NCBI GenBank assembly: GCA_001687465.1
Contig: LVLI01000305.1
Span: 124,001 to 188,000, forward strand
Source of the DNA: Halocafeteria seosinensis
Lineage: Eukaryota
DNA: 64,000 nt
Reading direction: 5' to 3'
Of this stretch, positions 1 through 13,776 are shown one piece after another. Position 1 is the stretch's first letter, and every line of letters begins with the position of its first letter. Position numbers and translations under genes: made by a program. Under the pieces are notes generated by a model. That model was not told the DNA's origin and made no database searches. It saw nothing but the letters and a program-made list of their open reading frames with translations.

Positions 1-909
1 TTCGAGGCTTCAGCGAGCAATGATCGCGATCAAGCTACTCGGTTAACAATCATTATACTCCTGTTTTTGACCGAAATTCCGTTTGCTGTGGTTGGTTCTC
101 AAGCGGTGGCTCGCTCAGATCCGTACCGTACCTATTTGTTTTGGGCGATCGCGATATTTTTGCCCGTCTTTGTGGTCACATTTGGAAGCGAAGCTGCTTC
201 CGACTCGGCTCATTTTAATGAATTCAAAGAGAACAGTCGGGGAGAAGTGGACGTTGGTAGGTATGCCACAATGGTTGTTATAGGATCTGTATCAATAATT
301 GTGAGGGCGTCGACAGTCATATTTAGCGTTCTACTCTACTTTAAGTACGGAACTCCACAATACCGAAAGATGCTCAAACTGGTGCAGGAAGGCGTGTTCA
401 AATATAAGAGATATCTGAAGACTCGCCGGCCGTCGTCAAAGTCCGGAGATGATATCGGGGGAAAGTTCGTAGGTGAGCTAAGTCGGTCAAGTACTCGGGA
501 GAGCCGAACCCCGAGTGATGCTTCGAGGGGAGAGAGTTTCTACGAAGATGTGGAGAGGTTCAGGGATATGGAAAATACAATGAGAGCACAATCGTTCGTT
601 GCTCCTCCGTCGTCGATGGAGGACGATGTCATAGAGAATCCTCTCAGGGCTAACTCATATTCAAAAGAGGAGAACGGGTACAGTGAAGTCAACACAGATG
701 TTCACAATCAGCGGACTAACTCCTCACACAGTAGCACCCAAGAAGCAATACAGGACTCGGGATACGGGCACGATTCAGTGAGTAGAGCTACCTCCAATCA
801 CACAACGAGAGGGGGAAGTGGAAGGAACAAGAGATCTAAGAGACCTCAGTACGATGCCAGGGCCAAGGCGAAGAACTTCGAAAACTTTGCAGCTGAATTG
901 GAAGAGTGA
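1..909 (+). CDS. 3' part of an unknown membrane protein (5' end lies outside the window)
   Basis: Frame is open from base 1 to TGA at 907-909. Several hydrophobic segments (e.g. YLFWAIAIFLPVFVVTFG, MVVIGSVSIIVRASTVIFSVLLYF) are followed by a disordered tail. Confidence 0.6.
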   Translation, partial: FEASASNDRDQATRLTIIILLFLTEIPFAVVGSQAVARSDPYRTYLFWAIAIFLPVFVVTFGSEAASDSAHFNEFKENSRGEVDVGRYATMVVIGSVSIIVRASTVIFSVLLYFKYGTPQYRKMLKLVQEGVFKYKRYLKTRRPSSKSGDDIGGKFVGELSRSSTRESRTPSDASRGESFYEDVERFRDMENTMRAQSFVAPPSSMEDDVIENPLRANSYSKEENGYSEVNTDVHNQRTNSSHSSTQEAIQDSGYGHDSVSRATSNHTTRGGSGRNKRSKRPQYDARAKAKNFENFAAELEE

Positions 910-1562
910 GAGAACATGATTGACGTGGAACGTGTATGCAAGATACACCAGACAGGCGCTGTCTCCATTGTGGATTCTATCCACTGGGGGTGAAGTGCTA
1001 CCGGATGTTAATCAGTGGTTGAGCACAGCATCAAGTTAGGAAGCTAAGGCACGGTGCGAACGTGTGTAACGATAACAAGGGTACCTATCATAAGTTGCGA
1101 ACGCGAAGACTCCGTTGCCGTAGTTGATTCGCTCATAATTTTTAAGCAATTCCAACCAGAGCCGAACTCAAACGAAATAAACTTGCAAAGCATGTTCTGC
1201 TAAAACATTTTTGTTCCCCGTGACGCATTCACTCTACAGTGTCCCGCTTCCTCGACTCAGCCTGAGCTCAGGAAAAGGAGTAAAGTATGGTACTACTGTC
1301 AGACAGTCTCAGCGTACCTACACGAAAAGAAGTTTCCAACAGCGTCGACTTGACCTATCTCCAAGTAATGATTGCACGGTTACGATTGACAATTGAGCGG
1401 GCTCAGCGGGGCTCATGCATACATCAAAGTGTTATATCACAGTGTAATGTGTCGTTATTATTCTGTACTATACCATAGAGGGACGCCGAGGTGTACGGTC
1501 GATACCCCGCGTTTTCTGCCGCTGTAAAAAGCGTCTGTTTGTGGGTGTAAACGCGGTGCACG

Positions 1563-4556
1563 ATGGCATCTTCTTCTTCAGGAGCTCATATAAGTACATC
1601 CTCAGGGAAAGGAGATCGACGGAATCGTGAAAATACGAATGGCACGAGTGCCAGTTGTAAGCGTGATCAATCTCTGATCACCCAGGATTTCAGTGATGAA
1701 GTGGAAGCGGTCTTTCGTCAAGTCTTCCCGAAATCCAAAGATGAATTAGATCTTCCCGATTTTGACGTCTACGACTATATTAACCGTAAATTCCCCGATG
1801 AGGATTCCCTTGGAGACTTGGATGATGAAATAGTTCGCTGTGACCACGAGATTGAGCAGCTGGACAAATCCATAGCATCGTCCGTCCGTGAACAAGCCAC
1901 CAATTCATCGAAGGCCGTCAAGGAAGTGGAAGATGCTAAACTCTCCATTAGTGAGCTGTTTTCCAAGATTTCTGAAATTAAGACAAAGTCTATCAACAGT
2001 GAATCGATGGTCCAGGAGATATGTCGAGACATCAAGCAGCTTGATGTGGCCAAACGGAACCTGACGACAAGTATCGAAACACTCCATAGATTGCAGATGC
2101 TGGTGAACAGTGTACATAGGCTAGAGGAAAATCAGAGGAATAAGGAGTACAGAGAGACAGGGACACTGATCGAAGCAGTTAACCAGCTGTTCACTCACTT
2201 TGAACACTATCAAGACGTACCTGCTGTGAAGGAATGGACTCAGCGAGTGAATATGGTGAAATCCAAATTGAAGCAGCAAGTCGTACTGGACTTTGACGAA
2301 CTTATGGAAACAGTACTGTCGGAACAATATGCTCACGAAGATGATGACAAAGACGTGGAGGTCTCACAGCCGAACACAAACTTTGGAGAGATAGCTGAAA
2401 ATGCATCTCTCCAAAGGTTACACTACTGCTGTCAAGTCATCGATGCCCTTGATATGGTAGATACAGTCGTTAACAATTTTCGTCGCAAGCAGTTACGTGG
2501 CTATCAACAGACGTTTCGAACTCCAGACGGAGAGACATTGGAAGCAATTGAAAGGAGGTATTCCTGGTTTAGACGACTCTTGCGTGATATCGAGTCGAAA
2601 TTTAGCAAAGTCTTCCCAGCGCATTGGTGTATTTTGCATCAACTTTGTTTGAAGTTCTGTGAGTATGTGCGGGATGATGTTGATCGGATGCTTAGTAAGT
2701 TTCTAAGCCACAGCTTCCGTCGTAGAGCTAGGTTTACAAGCTCGTCTATGCAGGTCAATTTGATCCACCTGATAGCGCCCCTGCGGAAGCCCTTGTGCGT
2801 GCTTTAAACAAAACCATACAGTTTGAGCGTGAAATGCAGAAGCGGTTTAAGCCCAACACAGTATGTACACAAGTGTCGCTTCGTGCTCATTGGTAGTACT
2901 ATTCAAGTGATTTTCGCACTACAGGGTAAACAACAAACCAGTGGGACCGACGGAGAGAATGAGGCAGAGGAAGAAGAATTCGACGAGTCCGCCCCGATAA
3001 TAAACGAGGAAGGTGAAGTGGTAGATCCTACGTCGGCCGAAGGAATCCGTTTGAAATACAAGAGGCGGAAGAATTGGGAACAGAAGAGAGCGGAAAAGCG
3101 GAAGAAACAAACCCAACAACAAGCACACCAGCAGTGGATTTCGTCGTTGGGTAAGACGAAAGATAGTGAGAATGAAGGAGGAGGGGCTGAAAGCAATCCC
3201 TCTGAACATTTACCGGATATTCTGGGAAAGATATCCCCAGCATTCGAACCATGCATGGGAGCTTATGTTAAGTTGGAACAGACATCGTTGGATAACATTG
3301 TGCAAACATTGAAGCAAGAATCAACAGAGTCTATCGACTCATCCTCGGGTTCAGACTCTTTATTCTATTCTGCCCCACAATTCTTCCTTCAAGTCAAGAA
3401 TTGTGTGAATAGATGCGTCCAGTTGAACACAGCAAATACGCTATTTCAGCTATATCGTGCCATCAAGAAAAGCTGCCAGTCGTTGGTACAGGGACTGGAA
3501 GGAAATTTACCGGAAAAGGTGAAACCGAATAGCACTATTGCCACACGACTTGGTGAGATACCGCAGCTTCCGGGCGATACGTACTCTATCACGGACGATG
3601 ACGCCGGAGTGCGGACTCTTTGTAATGGATGCTTGGTAATAAATACAGCCCAGTACTGTGGCGATACCTTACCTCAGCTGGAAGAACTCATAAAGGGCAA
3701 GATAGATTCTGTGTTCCGTGAGCATGTAACCTTGGAAGAAGTACAAGAGGAGTTCTTTTCGCTAGCCGCCGGTGCCGTGAAGACTTTGGGGGCAGCTACA
3801 GCGTCCGCATTGGATGTACACATGCAGACTATGTGGAAAAAGCAGTGGTGGAGTATCACGGACGTCGGAGACCAATCTGATTATGTTGAAGATATGTCTA
3901 GTACCATGATGCGAATTTTCCCCGCTATTCGACAGACTCTGGCGGAAAGGTACTGGAGGACTTTTTGTGACAAGTTCTTGAGGTCCTTCATTCCTCGCTT
4001 CATGAGCGCCATTTACAAATGCAAAAAAATGGGACCTATGGGGGCGCAACAACTACTGTTAGATGCTCAGGGTATTCGAAAACTACTTCAAGACGCACCG
4101 AAATTGCGTACTGAAGAAGAAGAAGAGGAAAATGTGCAATTGCCGGGGGTACCTTCCGTTTACACTTCCTACTTGAGCCGGGAAATGCAACGAGTAGATC
4201 TACTATTGAAGCTTGTTGCGGCACCGAAGGACCGGCTAGCGGCCAGCATTAGTTCCTTGTGGCCTGAAGCGTCGGTCCAGGATATTAACCGATTAGGTGA
4301 ATTGCGAGGCATGCGAAAAGCCGAGCTGACGGAAGTTATCAGTGCCTTAGGCTTGGATGGGAATGGTTCTCCTACAAGCACTCGCCCAACAACTTTGACC
4401 GGTCAAGGAGGCAACATAGACAAAAGGGCTTCTGCAGCCTTTGCCAACGTGAGTTCTACGATCATGGGGGGACTTCGCGGCTCTGTGCGAGGATTCTCAC
4501 GTCGCGGCAAACAGGATGGCACGGATAGTCCCAGCGGTTCGGCCTCGTCCTCTTAG
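1563..4556 (+). CDS. VPS53: GARP/EARP complex subunit Vps53
   Basis: Vps53_N motifs DFDVYDYINRKFPDEDSL and SESMVQEICRDIKQLDVAKRNLTTSI, and IERRYSWFRRLL. C-terminal motifs VGDQSDYV and GAQQLLLDAQ. GT-AG introns at 2695-2753 and 2861-2924 join the two ORFs in frame. Confidence 0.93.
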
Positions 4557-4682
4557 TTTAGGGTCAAAAGTAATACGATTTGTAACACCATACCTTCTAA
4601 TAAGCTTGCAACATCATGAATAGTTACTCTTTATGCTCCTCCAGAAGTAGACAACGTTGGATTAATGTGGCTTCGTTTGCCG

Positions 4683-7600
4683 CTACTGCCGATTATACGC
4701 CAGATTGCCATACTTTGCAGCATCCACTATCCGTTTGGGTTGCCAACCTAAATCGTCACCAAAATCTGGATGGACCACACGAGCGTCAGCGAAGAATCAT
4801 GGCTTGTCTCAACAGAGAAATGCACTTACCTGTTTTTCCATCGGCAAAATGGTCACTAACTCCGGTCAGGTCCTTATATTTTGGATTATTGAGAATATTG
4901 TAGTTCTTCACCCCCACTATAATGCGCCTATGGTCATTACGATCTTCTGCACGGTGCAATTTTGACTGGGGAATGAGATCGTTGAAGCGAGGAAATTTGC
5001 CTGCTTGCGAAACCACTTCGTCATGTTTCTTCAGCCGCCCACAAGTTAGCAAATTTAGACAGCCACTGCAAATCCATTCGGTCAAGCCAAAGGCACCAAG
5101 AAACAACAGTAATGATACTACAAGGCACATGAATACCACTAGAGGTAACGCTGTGGAAGTGTTTAGTCTTTCCGTAAAGGTGCTTATTCCGGGATTCGAG
5201 CCTAAGTCAAAATTGTCTTTGCTCTTAGGAGTTTCATCCTCATCCGTACTCAAGCGAAATACAGAGGGGGCAGTGTACATCCAAGCCGACACAGCCGCGT
5301 GAATGACTATTGCGCCAGGAATCATAGAGCTCATTCGTTTTAGCAAGCCTGTATCATGCCGAGGTGGAGTACGATATATGTTGCAAAACATATACTTATC
5401 CACCCAGTAGCACACGAAGAATGAGCCGAAACCGAACCAAAACATCATTGGCATCCCACCACCATACGTCATGGTGACAAATACTACGTTGATCAAATAG
5501 CTGTACCTGCTCTTCCAATCTAGACTTGGACCTAGATATCGCTCATTTAGATCATCTTGGGAAGGTGCCCCTTCCGCTTTTCGGCGGTACCATGTCCTAA
5601 CCGCCTTGGAGACTGGAACAACTTGGGCAGCGAGAACGTAAGCGGACATCGTCACTAAGAGACCCGTTCCAACGAACACATACCAATCCGGCGTAAAGTC
5701 GTTATAGTTTATGTTAGACTCAACGTTGACAAATGGAATCCGAACAAAATCCGCATATACCAAGATCGTCACCACAGCGGTATTAATGTACATCAGAACA
5801 AACAGACGCCACGTCACTGATCGCAGTCGGCTTGTGGCCGAATGATGCTTCTCGAAGATTGAGAGTGCACTGAGTACAGTCTTTAAAACGACATTCATTA
5901 GTAGCACTAGTAACGCTGCGCCAACTAAGATTGCGTTCTCTGCAATGTAACTGGTAAACCAATCTTTACAGTCCGCTTTACTCATCCGACTTCCTGTATC
6001 AACAATTCTAGAACTTAAGAGAACAGCAAGGCAAAATTCGTCCCGACAAAATTTCGCATCCTTAGTTGCTTTCGTTTCCTCGATTCCACGTTCTTTAATT
6101 GTACTATCAAAATTTATCAATTGACAGAAGCAGGTTTTCATGGTGGAATTATCGAACCTTCCCTTCGGGTCATAGAGTGGTAGTGTCTTGTTGGGAGCTT
6201 CAATAGCGTTTGAAAATGCCGAATATACATCCGTGCATATTTGGCCTCGACTACCTGCTAACTCGTCTTGTCTGCCCAATGAGTCACATTGCAATTATAT
6301 AGGTCGAACTGACTAGAACACGGCTGCCATCACTTACAGGACTGAAGCATAATAGCTGATTACGAAAGATGCGACAAGAATAATGAATGAGACAATCAGA
6401 GTGACGGTTCTCCTGGAGAGTCTGCTTAAGTATCCATAACGATAGTTGTGCCATTCCACCAAATCGGGGGGCGGGGCTGCGAAACATCACACACGAGGCG
6501 TTCTAATGAATATAAAAAAAGGAATTGGCCAAATATGATGAAAGTGACGTACCGTCTTTAATACGGACCCTTTTCTCTTCGAATCGTAAATGCGGAGGTT
6601 GCCGAAGGAATGCAACTATGTTCCCAGGATATAATTCCCTCGTCTTGTCGGCAGCTATTTTTCGCTGAAACGTGACAAAAGCTGCCACCCCTGTTGTAGT
6701 AGACGTCCTGTGAGCAACACCATCGGGAGTCTTGTGATGCCTCGTCATTTTCTGGATCCCATAGTTGAGAATCCCCTCCATTACACGCTGAGACGTTGCT
6801 TTAGCCATCTGGTGATTGGCATAAGCTCCCCGGCGCTCCTCATTGACTTTGTTAACGGTACTATATATGCGTCTTTCGATTTTTTTCTCTTCATCCGTGA
6901 GTTTTTTCATTTTATTTTGAATTCGGTTAATTTTGTCAGTGGTTGACGGAAACAGGCAATGTATCTTTCGAGAAAGCCACGGTTCATTTGGGCCTTCCTC
7001 ATAGCCTGCCACACTACCCCCTGTCAAGCGCATCTGGATGAATTCGGGGATACTTCCCCCTCGCCAAACATCTCCACGTTGTTGCCTCAGCTCTACTTCC
7101 CTTTTCATTAATCGAAGTACCTCCCGATACGCTTTTTTCTTTTTCCTGAACATTTTGAGCATGGGGTATTCACTCTCCACCACGTTGATGTCAGCTACCA
7201 ACTCGCCTTCCTCCTCTTCACTTTCCCGAGGAAGATATTTTGACAAAACAGCGTTGAAATGTTGTCTCAGTCTTTCACCGCGAAAATCTGTATGATAGCT
7301 TGGCAGGTTACTGACGGTAACGGTGTAGTCACTTGCCGCAAACGTATCCTGATCCACGGCAGCAGCTTCGCGATCTATCAAGGTTCGCAGCCATAGCCAT
7401 GCTACGAGCACGATTATCCCACCAATTAAATTGAAAATTGCATATATGAAACTTATGGATTCTTTTGGAACTACACATCCCGAAGGGTATTGAAAAATCG
7501 GAGTGGAGCAGAAACTTTCAGGTAGCTTAACGCCGCGCGACTGATCGCCGAGATTTCCAACACTGAACCGAGCAAGATCGACTAGAGAGCTTTGCTCTTC

Positions 7601-8868
7601 GTGATACGTCGCGCTCATGTTAATAATCAATTGGGGAGTGTACCAAATAGCAAGTATTAGGTTGAGAATCGCACCCCTGCGTATCATGTATGAAATAAAA
7701 CGAATGAACATGCATATGTATCCAACGATCCCAAGCAAATTCCACATGATGCAAATACATACCACTTAAGAAACATGAAATAGGAAGTAACACCCGATCC
7801 GTAGTCTATGAAGTCACTTTTAAAGCGGTCCTCTTTTGTTGGACGATGAGATGGGTTCGCGCATCCACAGCAATAATAGCACTGGCAGATGCACAAGCAG
7901 TGCACCCACGTTATATCGGGGCAAAAGTGCCCGGTGTGAGTTTTCCACCAATCGAACTTTCGCTTCCTCAATGTACCTGTAGAACCGCTACCGCTCTCAA
8001 CGTACCGTGGATGAGTTGCGTCCATATATTCTTGGGCCGCTGCCTTGTTGGCCTGTCCTATAGTCTTGAAAACGTGAGCGACCGATGCTTGTTTCTGTAG
8101 AGGTGTTCCAGTTTGCCGTCGTACATTTCTTGTACCTCCAGAGGTGGGAGTAGTTGGAATCCCCGTGCCACCAGATGACGGTGGAGCATTCGCGTTATCT
8201 GACACTCCGGTAGTTCCTCCACTCCGTGGACGAGCTGGTTCAGCTGAGAACAGTTTCCGCTCGCTCGGACCAGTGCCCGGAAGTTTACTGCCATAAATGG
8301 GATTAGGAGAAATAAACCGATCACTATCGCCACTGTCATAAAATCGAATCTGCCTACTGGACTTTTTAATGCTTCGCTGAGATTGCTGTAGAGTTGGAGT
8401 ACCGTTTTGGCTGTTGTCTCCCTGAGTTTTTGATTCTCCCGCAGAAGCGTCTTCACCTAGCCACCTCTTGCTATAGCCGGAAAATTTTAAACTGGCTCGA
8501 ACTTTCTTGACAGTCTCTAATTGCTTGGATTTGCTCATCGACAGTCCCTGCTCGCTTTCCGCTGAATTTAGTTTCTTGTCGGTCTCGGCGACACCCTTCC
8601 CTGACGGGGGTGTTGGGGGAGCTCTGGCAGCATTCAGTGATGATGAAGCTCCCATGACAGTGCTCCGTAGGTTTGCTGGAGTGTACGTTGCAGGACGAGT
8701 GGTCCCCTCTCCGGTCCTTCCCTGCGCCTGAGGAGCATCATTAAGTCGGTTACGGCCGGAGCCTCCTCGGCGCGTATGATGCAGTTTCCAGGCCGAGACA
8801 GCTCTGGCTGCAGCGATTCCATGCAGGGGAGATCGCTTTACAGAGGACGCTTGGGCGTTAGACGACAT
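4683..8868 (-). CDS. TMC/OSCA(TMEM63)/anoctamin-superfamily multi-pass channel, paralog 1 (4 introns)
   Basis: Motifs YGSGVTSYFMFLKW, SDYTVTVSNLP, AAFVTFQ, APPPDLVEWHN, FEKHHS, YNDFTPDWY, SQDDLNERYLGP and YWVDKY, with ~10 TM segments. Four GT-AG introns join the ORF pieces; the last exon DFGDDLGWQPKR ends at TAG 4683-4685. Confidence 0.8.
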
Positions 8869-9298
8869 TCTGCACTGGCAACCATCAAGGTACAGAGGTC
8901 GTTATATCCAAAACGAGTGTAGGAAAATGTGTGAGGCTTTGGACTTGCACCTCATTTATCGTGTATAAGCAACATTAAGCCAATACCTCACGAAATCGGG
9001 TCCATGGAGACACTTAACTACCAATCAAGATTCTCTACAAACAACCCGACAGGGATGGACGGCTTTAGTTGTATGTCGGTGTGTGTGCCACTGGCTGGGT
9101 GGAGAAAAGGGGAAGCGCAGTTTCAACGTCGCAACTTGAAACAGTCGCAAGCCCGCACCGATTGTGCCCATTAAGAGGAAAGGTGGGGCGTTTAAGAAGA
9201 ATGCATGCTTAGAGTTCAAGTCCTGCAACTTTCGTCCGTGAGCTGAGGCAATTGGAGTGTCTCAGTAAGTGTGCCTATTTGAGTGGTTTAGACGGTTT

Positions 9299-9431
9299 TA
9301 TTTGGATGAGAACTCTACAACTTTTGTACAGCTTGCAGTGACTGTTTTTAGTAACCAGCAGTGGGGTATTTGGATGAGAGCTCTACAACTTTTGTACAGC
9401 TTGCAGTGACTGTCTTTAGTAACCAGGAGTG
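9299..9431. repeat. 68-bp tandem direct repeat, two copies
   Basis: tatttggatgagaactctacaacttttgtacagcttgcagtgactgtttttagtaaccag at 9299 recurs at 9367 with two substitutions over 60 nt. Confidence 0.92.
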
Positions 9432-9499
9432 AGCACTATACCCAGTACAATGGGCCGCATCATGTAGCCCGCAGAAAGCTATTGCAAGCAGTTGCTATG

Positions 9500-12400
9500 T
9501 CAACCGGAATCCGACCGCTTGTCATCATGAGATTTGTTCACAGTTTCCGAAGGAGAAGTATAGAGAAGCGCCTCTACTAGTCGCTTTGGTCGAAAACCTA
9601 GCGACTCACCTTGATCTGCAATTTCGGTAAATAACTGATCACATTCGAGACAAATCACGCATAAGGAATACGCACCTGTGCGTCCAAGGACAAAGTTTTC
9701 CGTGATCCCCGTAAGCTCTCTATATTTCGGATGATCGAGAATGCAATAACTCGGTATGAAAGAAAACGTGTGGCCCTCTGAAGTGTTCTGCTTCCGTGGG
9801 GCTTCAAAGGCTTCCTCGAACGTGCGCGTCTGCGGTGTGCTCTCCGATGAACCTGGTTGAGGGTATTTGCCGCATGTCAGTAGACTAACTACATGCTTTT
9901 GCACTTTCAAAATCCCTCTTTTCAATTGAAGGCAGAATATGATTGCTACCAGCAAAATCATAGAAATCCAGATTGGTACGGCGGTCGTCGTTGCCACTCG
10001 GCCCGTAAACGTGTCAGCGTATTCGGCGGCAAAGGAAATTTCTTCCGGGCCAGCATCGTTGGAATTGTCGTCACCACTCAAGCGGAATACAGAAGGACTG
10101 GTATACATCCATATAGAAATGCCACCGTAAATAATGAGAGCTACTGGTATCCATGCGTACATTGTCTTCATGATTCCGGCTCCATAACGCGGCGGCTTCC
10201 GGTAGATGGAACAAAACATGCTCTTATCAACCCAGTAAGTCAGGGTGAAACAGGCGAATCCCACCCACAACAGCAGTGGAATCCCACCCGCATACGTCAT
10301 TACGGTAAAGAAAACGTTCATCAAATAGCCGTAACGTGTCAGTAGTGGAAATTCTGGACCGAGCTGCATCCGCTTCAGTTCGCTTGTGTCTACACTTTCG
10401 GGATCAACCTTTCTCCGCCGCCGCGTTCTTAACGCACTAAGCGCAGGCAGAAGTTGACCCAACGGTATATAGGCCAGCATGGCAAGAGTGATTGTCGAAC
10501 CGACAAAAACGTACCAATCCGGGGTGAAGTCGTCGTAGCTAACCCGGGAATCCACACGGACGAAGGAGAAAGTAACGAAGTTTGAATAAGCCAAGAGCGT
10601 AACTACAGCAGTGTTGATATACATGAGTAGAAAGATTCGCCACGCAACCGACCGATGCCTCTGAGTTATGAGTCGATGCTTCTCCCAAACGGATAACCCA
10701 CTTAGCATGCGACGCAAACAAAAATTGACAACTAGAACCACAAGTACAGTAGTTACCAGGAGAACGTTTTCGACAATCCACTTGCGGAACCAATCTTCAC
10801 ATCTCGCGTTCCCCATCCGCTTGGTTGCATCGATCAGGGTTGAGCCAAACAGCACAGCAAAGCAAAACCGTTGATGGCATAACTTTGCATCATCCGTTTC
10901 TCGAACACTCTGGACACTACGCTCCTCAAGCAGGCAGTCAAAATCAACCAATCGGCAGAAACTGTAGAGAGATCAACATTGACATTCCGTGTTGTACAAT
11001 CAAGCAGCATCGTGACGCAGCAAGTCCTCACCATGCTCTCATCGTTGCGTTGTCGAATCTGCCCCGCGGGTCATGCAAGGGGAGGGTTCCGTTCGGTTTA
11101 TCCAGAGTACTTGAGAACGCAGAATAAACTTCCGCACACTCTTGTGACCGGGTTCCGAGCAATTCATTTTGTCTGCTAGAGAAGAACGATGGTGTCGTTG
11201 TAAGGCGATCCACGCATAATAGATCTCCACTTACTGTATCGTAGCCACGTAATTCACTATGAAAGCACCTGCCAAGAGGGCCAGAGAAAGTGCCAAGGTT
11301 AGTAACCGCCGCAAGCCCAAATTGATGGAAGAGTAGCCCATGTTGTGCCATTTAATGGCCTCTGGCGGAGGGGCTGCAATAAGCAAACCGAATAAAACAG
11401 TGAAATGATAGGCAAGAACTCCCACCCGTAGCACTCTACGGTCCTCAAGCGGTTCATCCCGCAGCTTACGTTGTTCAACAGTTATTCGGTAGTTCTTGCC
11501 AGAGCTTACAGATGACGCTGCCCGATCCCTGTTGTCAAGTCGAAGGTATCTTGGTTGTCGAAGACGGCTAACAATATCATTAGGGTACCTCCGAAGGCAC
11601 TCCTCCGCACCGCGCTTATTCTGGAACGTAACAAAGGCAGCAACAGCATAAGAAGCCTCCTTCCCGTCCTCCCTCTCCTCGCCCCTTGCGAGCTTCTTTT
11701 CTTGATCTACTTCTTTTCTGATCGTGTCCAGTCGTTTTCTGAGGGCTTCCTGGTACTCTTTCTCTCGTTGGATTCTTACAGCATACCCAAAGACTCTGTT
11801 GTGACCATGCTGATTGACAGTGTTGCACAGAATCCCGTTGCAGAGACAGTGTTTCTCCAAGAAGGTCATCTGTTTACCTTCCGTGTATGTATAAGAACCG
11901 GAAGGGAACCTGCGCTTCTGTTGAATAGACGTTATTGGCTCTGTAAGCACACAGCCAGTACTGTCGTAATAACTGATTTCACCGCGTTGTTTCTGATAAT
12001 ACTTCCAAAGCCTTTCTTCTGAAGCATCAAGTTGACGTTCTATCCTCTTCTTTTCATAGAATAACTGGTGTAAAGGATATCGGTTTTCAACTATGTTAAC
12101 ATCAAAGACGTCACCGAGGGTGCGATCGATAATCCTGTCGAAATGTTCTTTCACTCGTGTTTCTGCCTCCTTCACTGATTTGTCCTTAAACCCTGGTACG
12201 GATGGCAAGAATACCGTATAGTCCTCAGGCGTGTCTTCTGCTCTTCTAATATGGTGCTCTTCTTGGTTGACAAAATAGCGACACCAAAGCCATGCCACTA
12301 CTATAACCAAGTAGGAAATAACGTTTATGACCGTATACAGTCTGCTGATCGTATCCTTGGGAATACTGCAGTTACCCGGATATTGGAGCAGAATCGTTTT

Positions 12401-13221
12401 ACAAAACGCATTTGGGAGTTCGATCTTCCTTGACTGATCACCTAGATTTCCTGCAGTCAGTCTAGCCAAATTCATTATAGACCCTCGTTCAACGTGGTAT
12501 GCCGCATTCCAATTTATAGTCAAAATAGGTAAATATAGGAGCCCAAGAATAAAGAAAGTGATGGATCCCCTGGAGCCAATAACGGAACACTCGTGACTGG
12601 CTTCGCATACGGTCTTCTTGTAACGATCGCAACTTACCATTTAAGAAATTTAAAATAAATCGTTATGCCTGTATTCCATTATACTTTGAATCGTAATTTC
12701 AGTAAGCAGCGACGACTCACAAATCCTTGTTTTCGCTTACCAGCTCCGAAGCTCTCAAAGTCTGAGTCCATTCGCCGCGCGCATCCGCAGCAGTAGCAAC
12801 ACATTAGACGACAGAAGCACTTAAGGAGCGGTTTTGAATCTTTACGACCACGTGGTATTGGGCACATATGCCCGGTATGAGTGGACCATATTGGAAACGG
12901 CTTAAGTTTGCCGTCAATTACTTGGCGAGGATGATTGGATTCGTAGTATCTATCAGCCTCAGCCTTGTCGGTATTCCGTTCATCGTCTCCCGTATCTGCA
13001 GGAGTTGACGTGCCCCTGTTCTCTCGGCGGGTATCGGAAGAGGACGTGGACTCCGTTTTGGTCTCTTCTTGTGTCCCAACTCTTTCTGTCCCTCGTTCGC
13101 GCCTGGGCGTCCGAGCCAACTCTTCCGCGATGGTAGTTTGGCGGTTTTGCACCTCAATGGAGATATCCTCTTCTCCCGTCATTATTGCAGCAGCCGCATG
13201 GTTACCGGTACGAGCTGCCAT
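9500..13221 (-). CDS. TMC/OSCA-superfamily multi-pass channel, paralog 2 (6 introns)
   Basis: Colinear with paralog 1: FGAGITIYFKFLKW, EDYTVFLPSVP, AAFVTFQ, PPPEAIKWHN, LMYINTAVVT, YDDFTPDWY, YWVDK. Introns include 12669-12740, 12570-12637 and 10962-11031. Confidence 0.8.
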
Positions 13222-13776
13222 GATGTGTTTCTTGATCCGGTGGCGTACTGATGACGTCTCACGTTAAAGGGGCAGGAACCAATCACCACCAGTCACCGGA
13301 TCCGAGGCACAATGCCGCTACTGGATCACCCCGGCAAACTGCGGATGCAACTCAGCCATCCCTGGTAGTACAATAATACCCTTTCTTGATCCCTAATAAG
13401 AAATTACAGCTCTGTATGTAAAGACTTTCAGGATTCTCTGTGAAGCACTGGGCAGAGCACAGTGGCGACAGAGACAACGGACACAACTCCCCACACTATT
13501 TGCTGAACCCGCATCAATGATATCCACTGAAAATGCCCACTAAACGGATCTACTGGTCAATGCAATGCGCGATTATTGTCCGTGCCGCTACGGGTATATC
13601 AACCAACTTCACAAGCAAGTTGATTTTCACAACCGAAAACGCGCGCGCTTCCACACCTGACATGTTTTTGATTATGTTCAGACGGATTGGCTGATGCACT
13701 ACTCACCGCTGGAAAAGAAAGGTATACATACTATTCTTAAAAGTGGCTCTCGTGTAGGGAAGACACCATCTTCACC

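Noticed and set aside
4683..13221. Apparent frameshifts or stops suggesting pseudogenes or an alternative genetic code
   Set aside because: Every break I examined is resolved by a canonical GT-AG intron that restores the frame.
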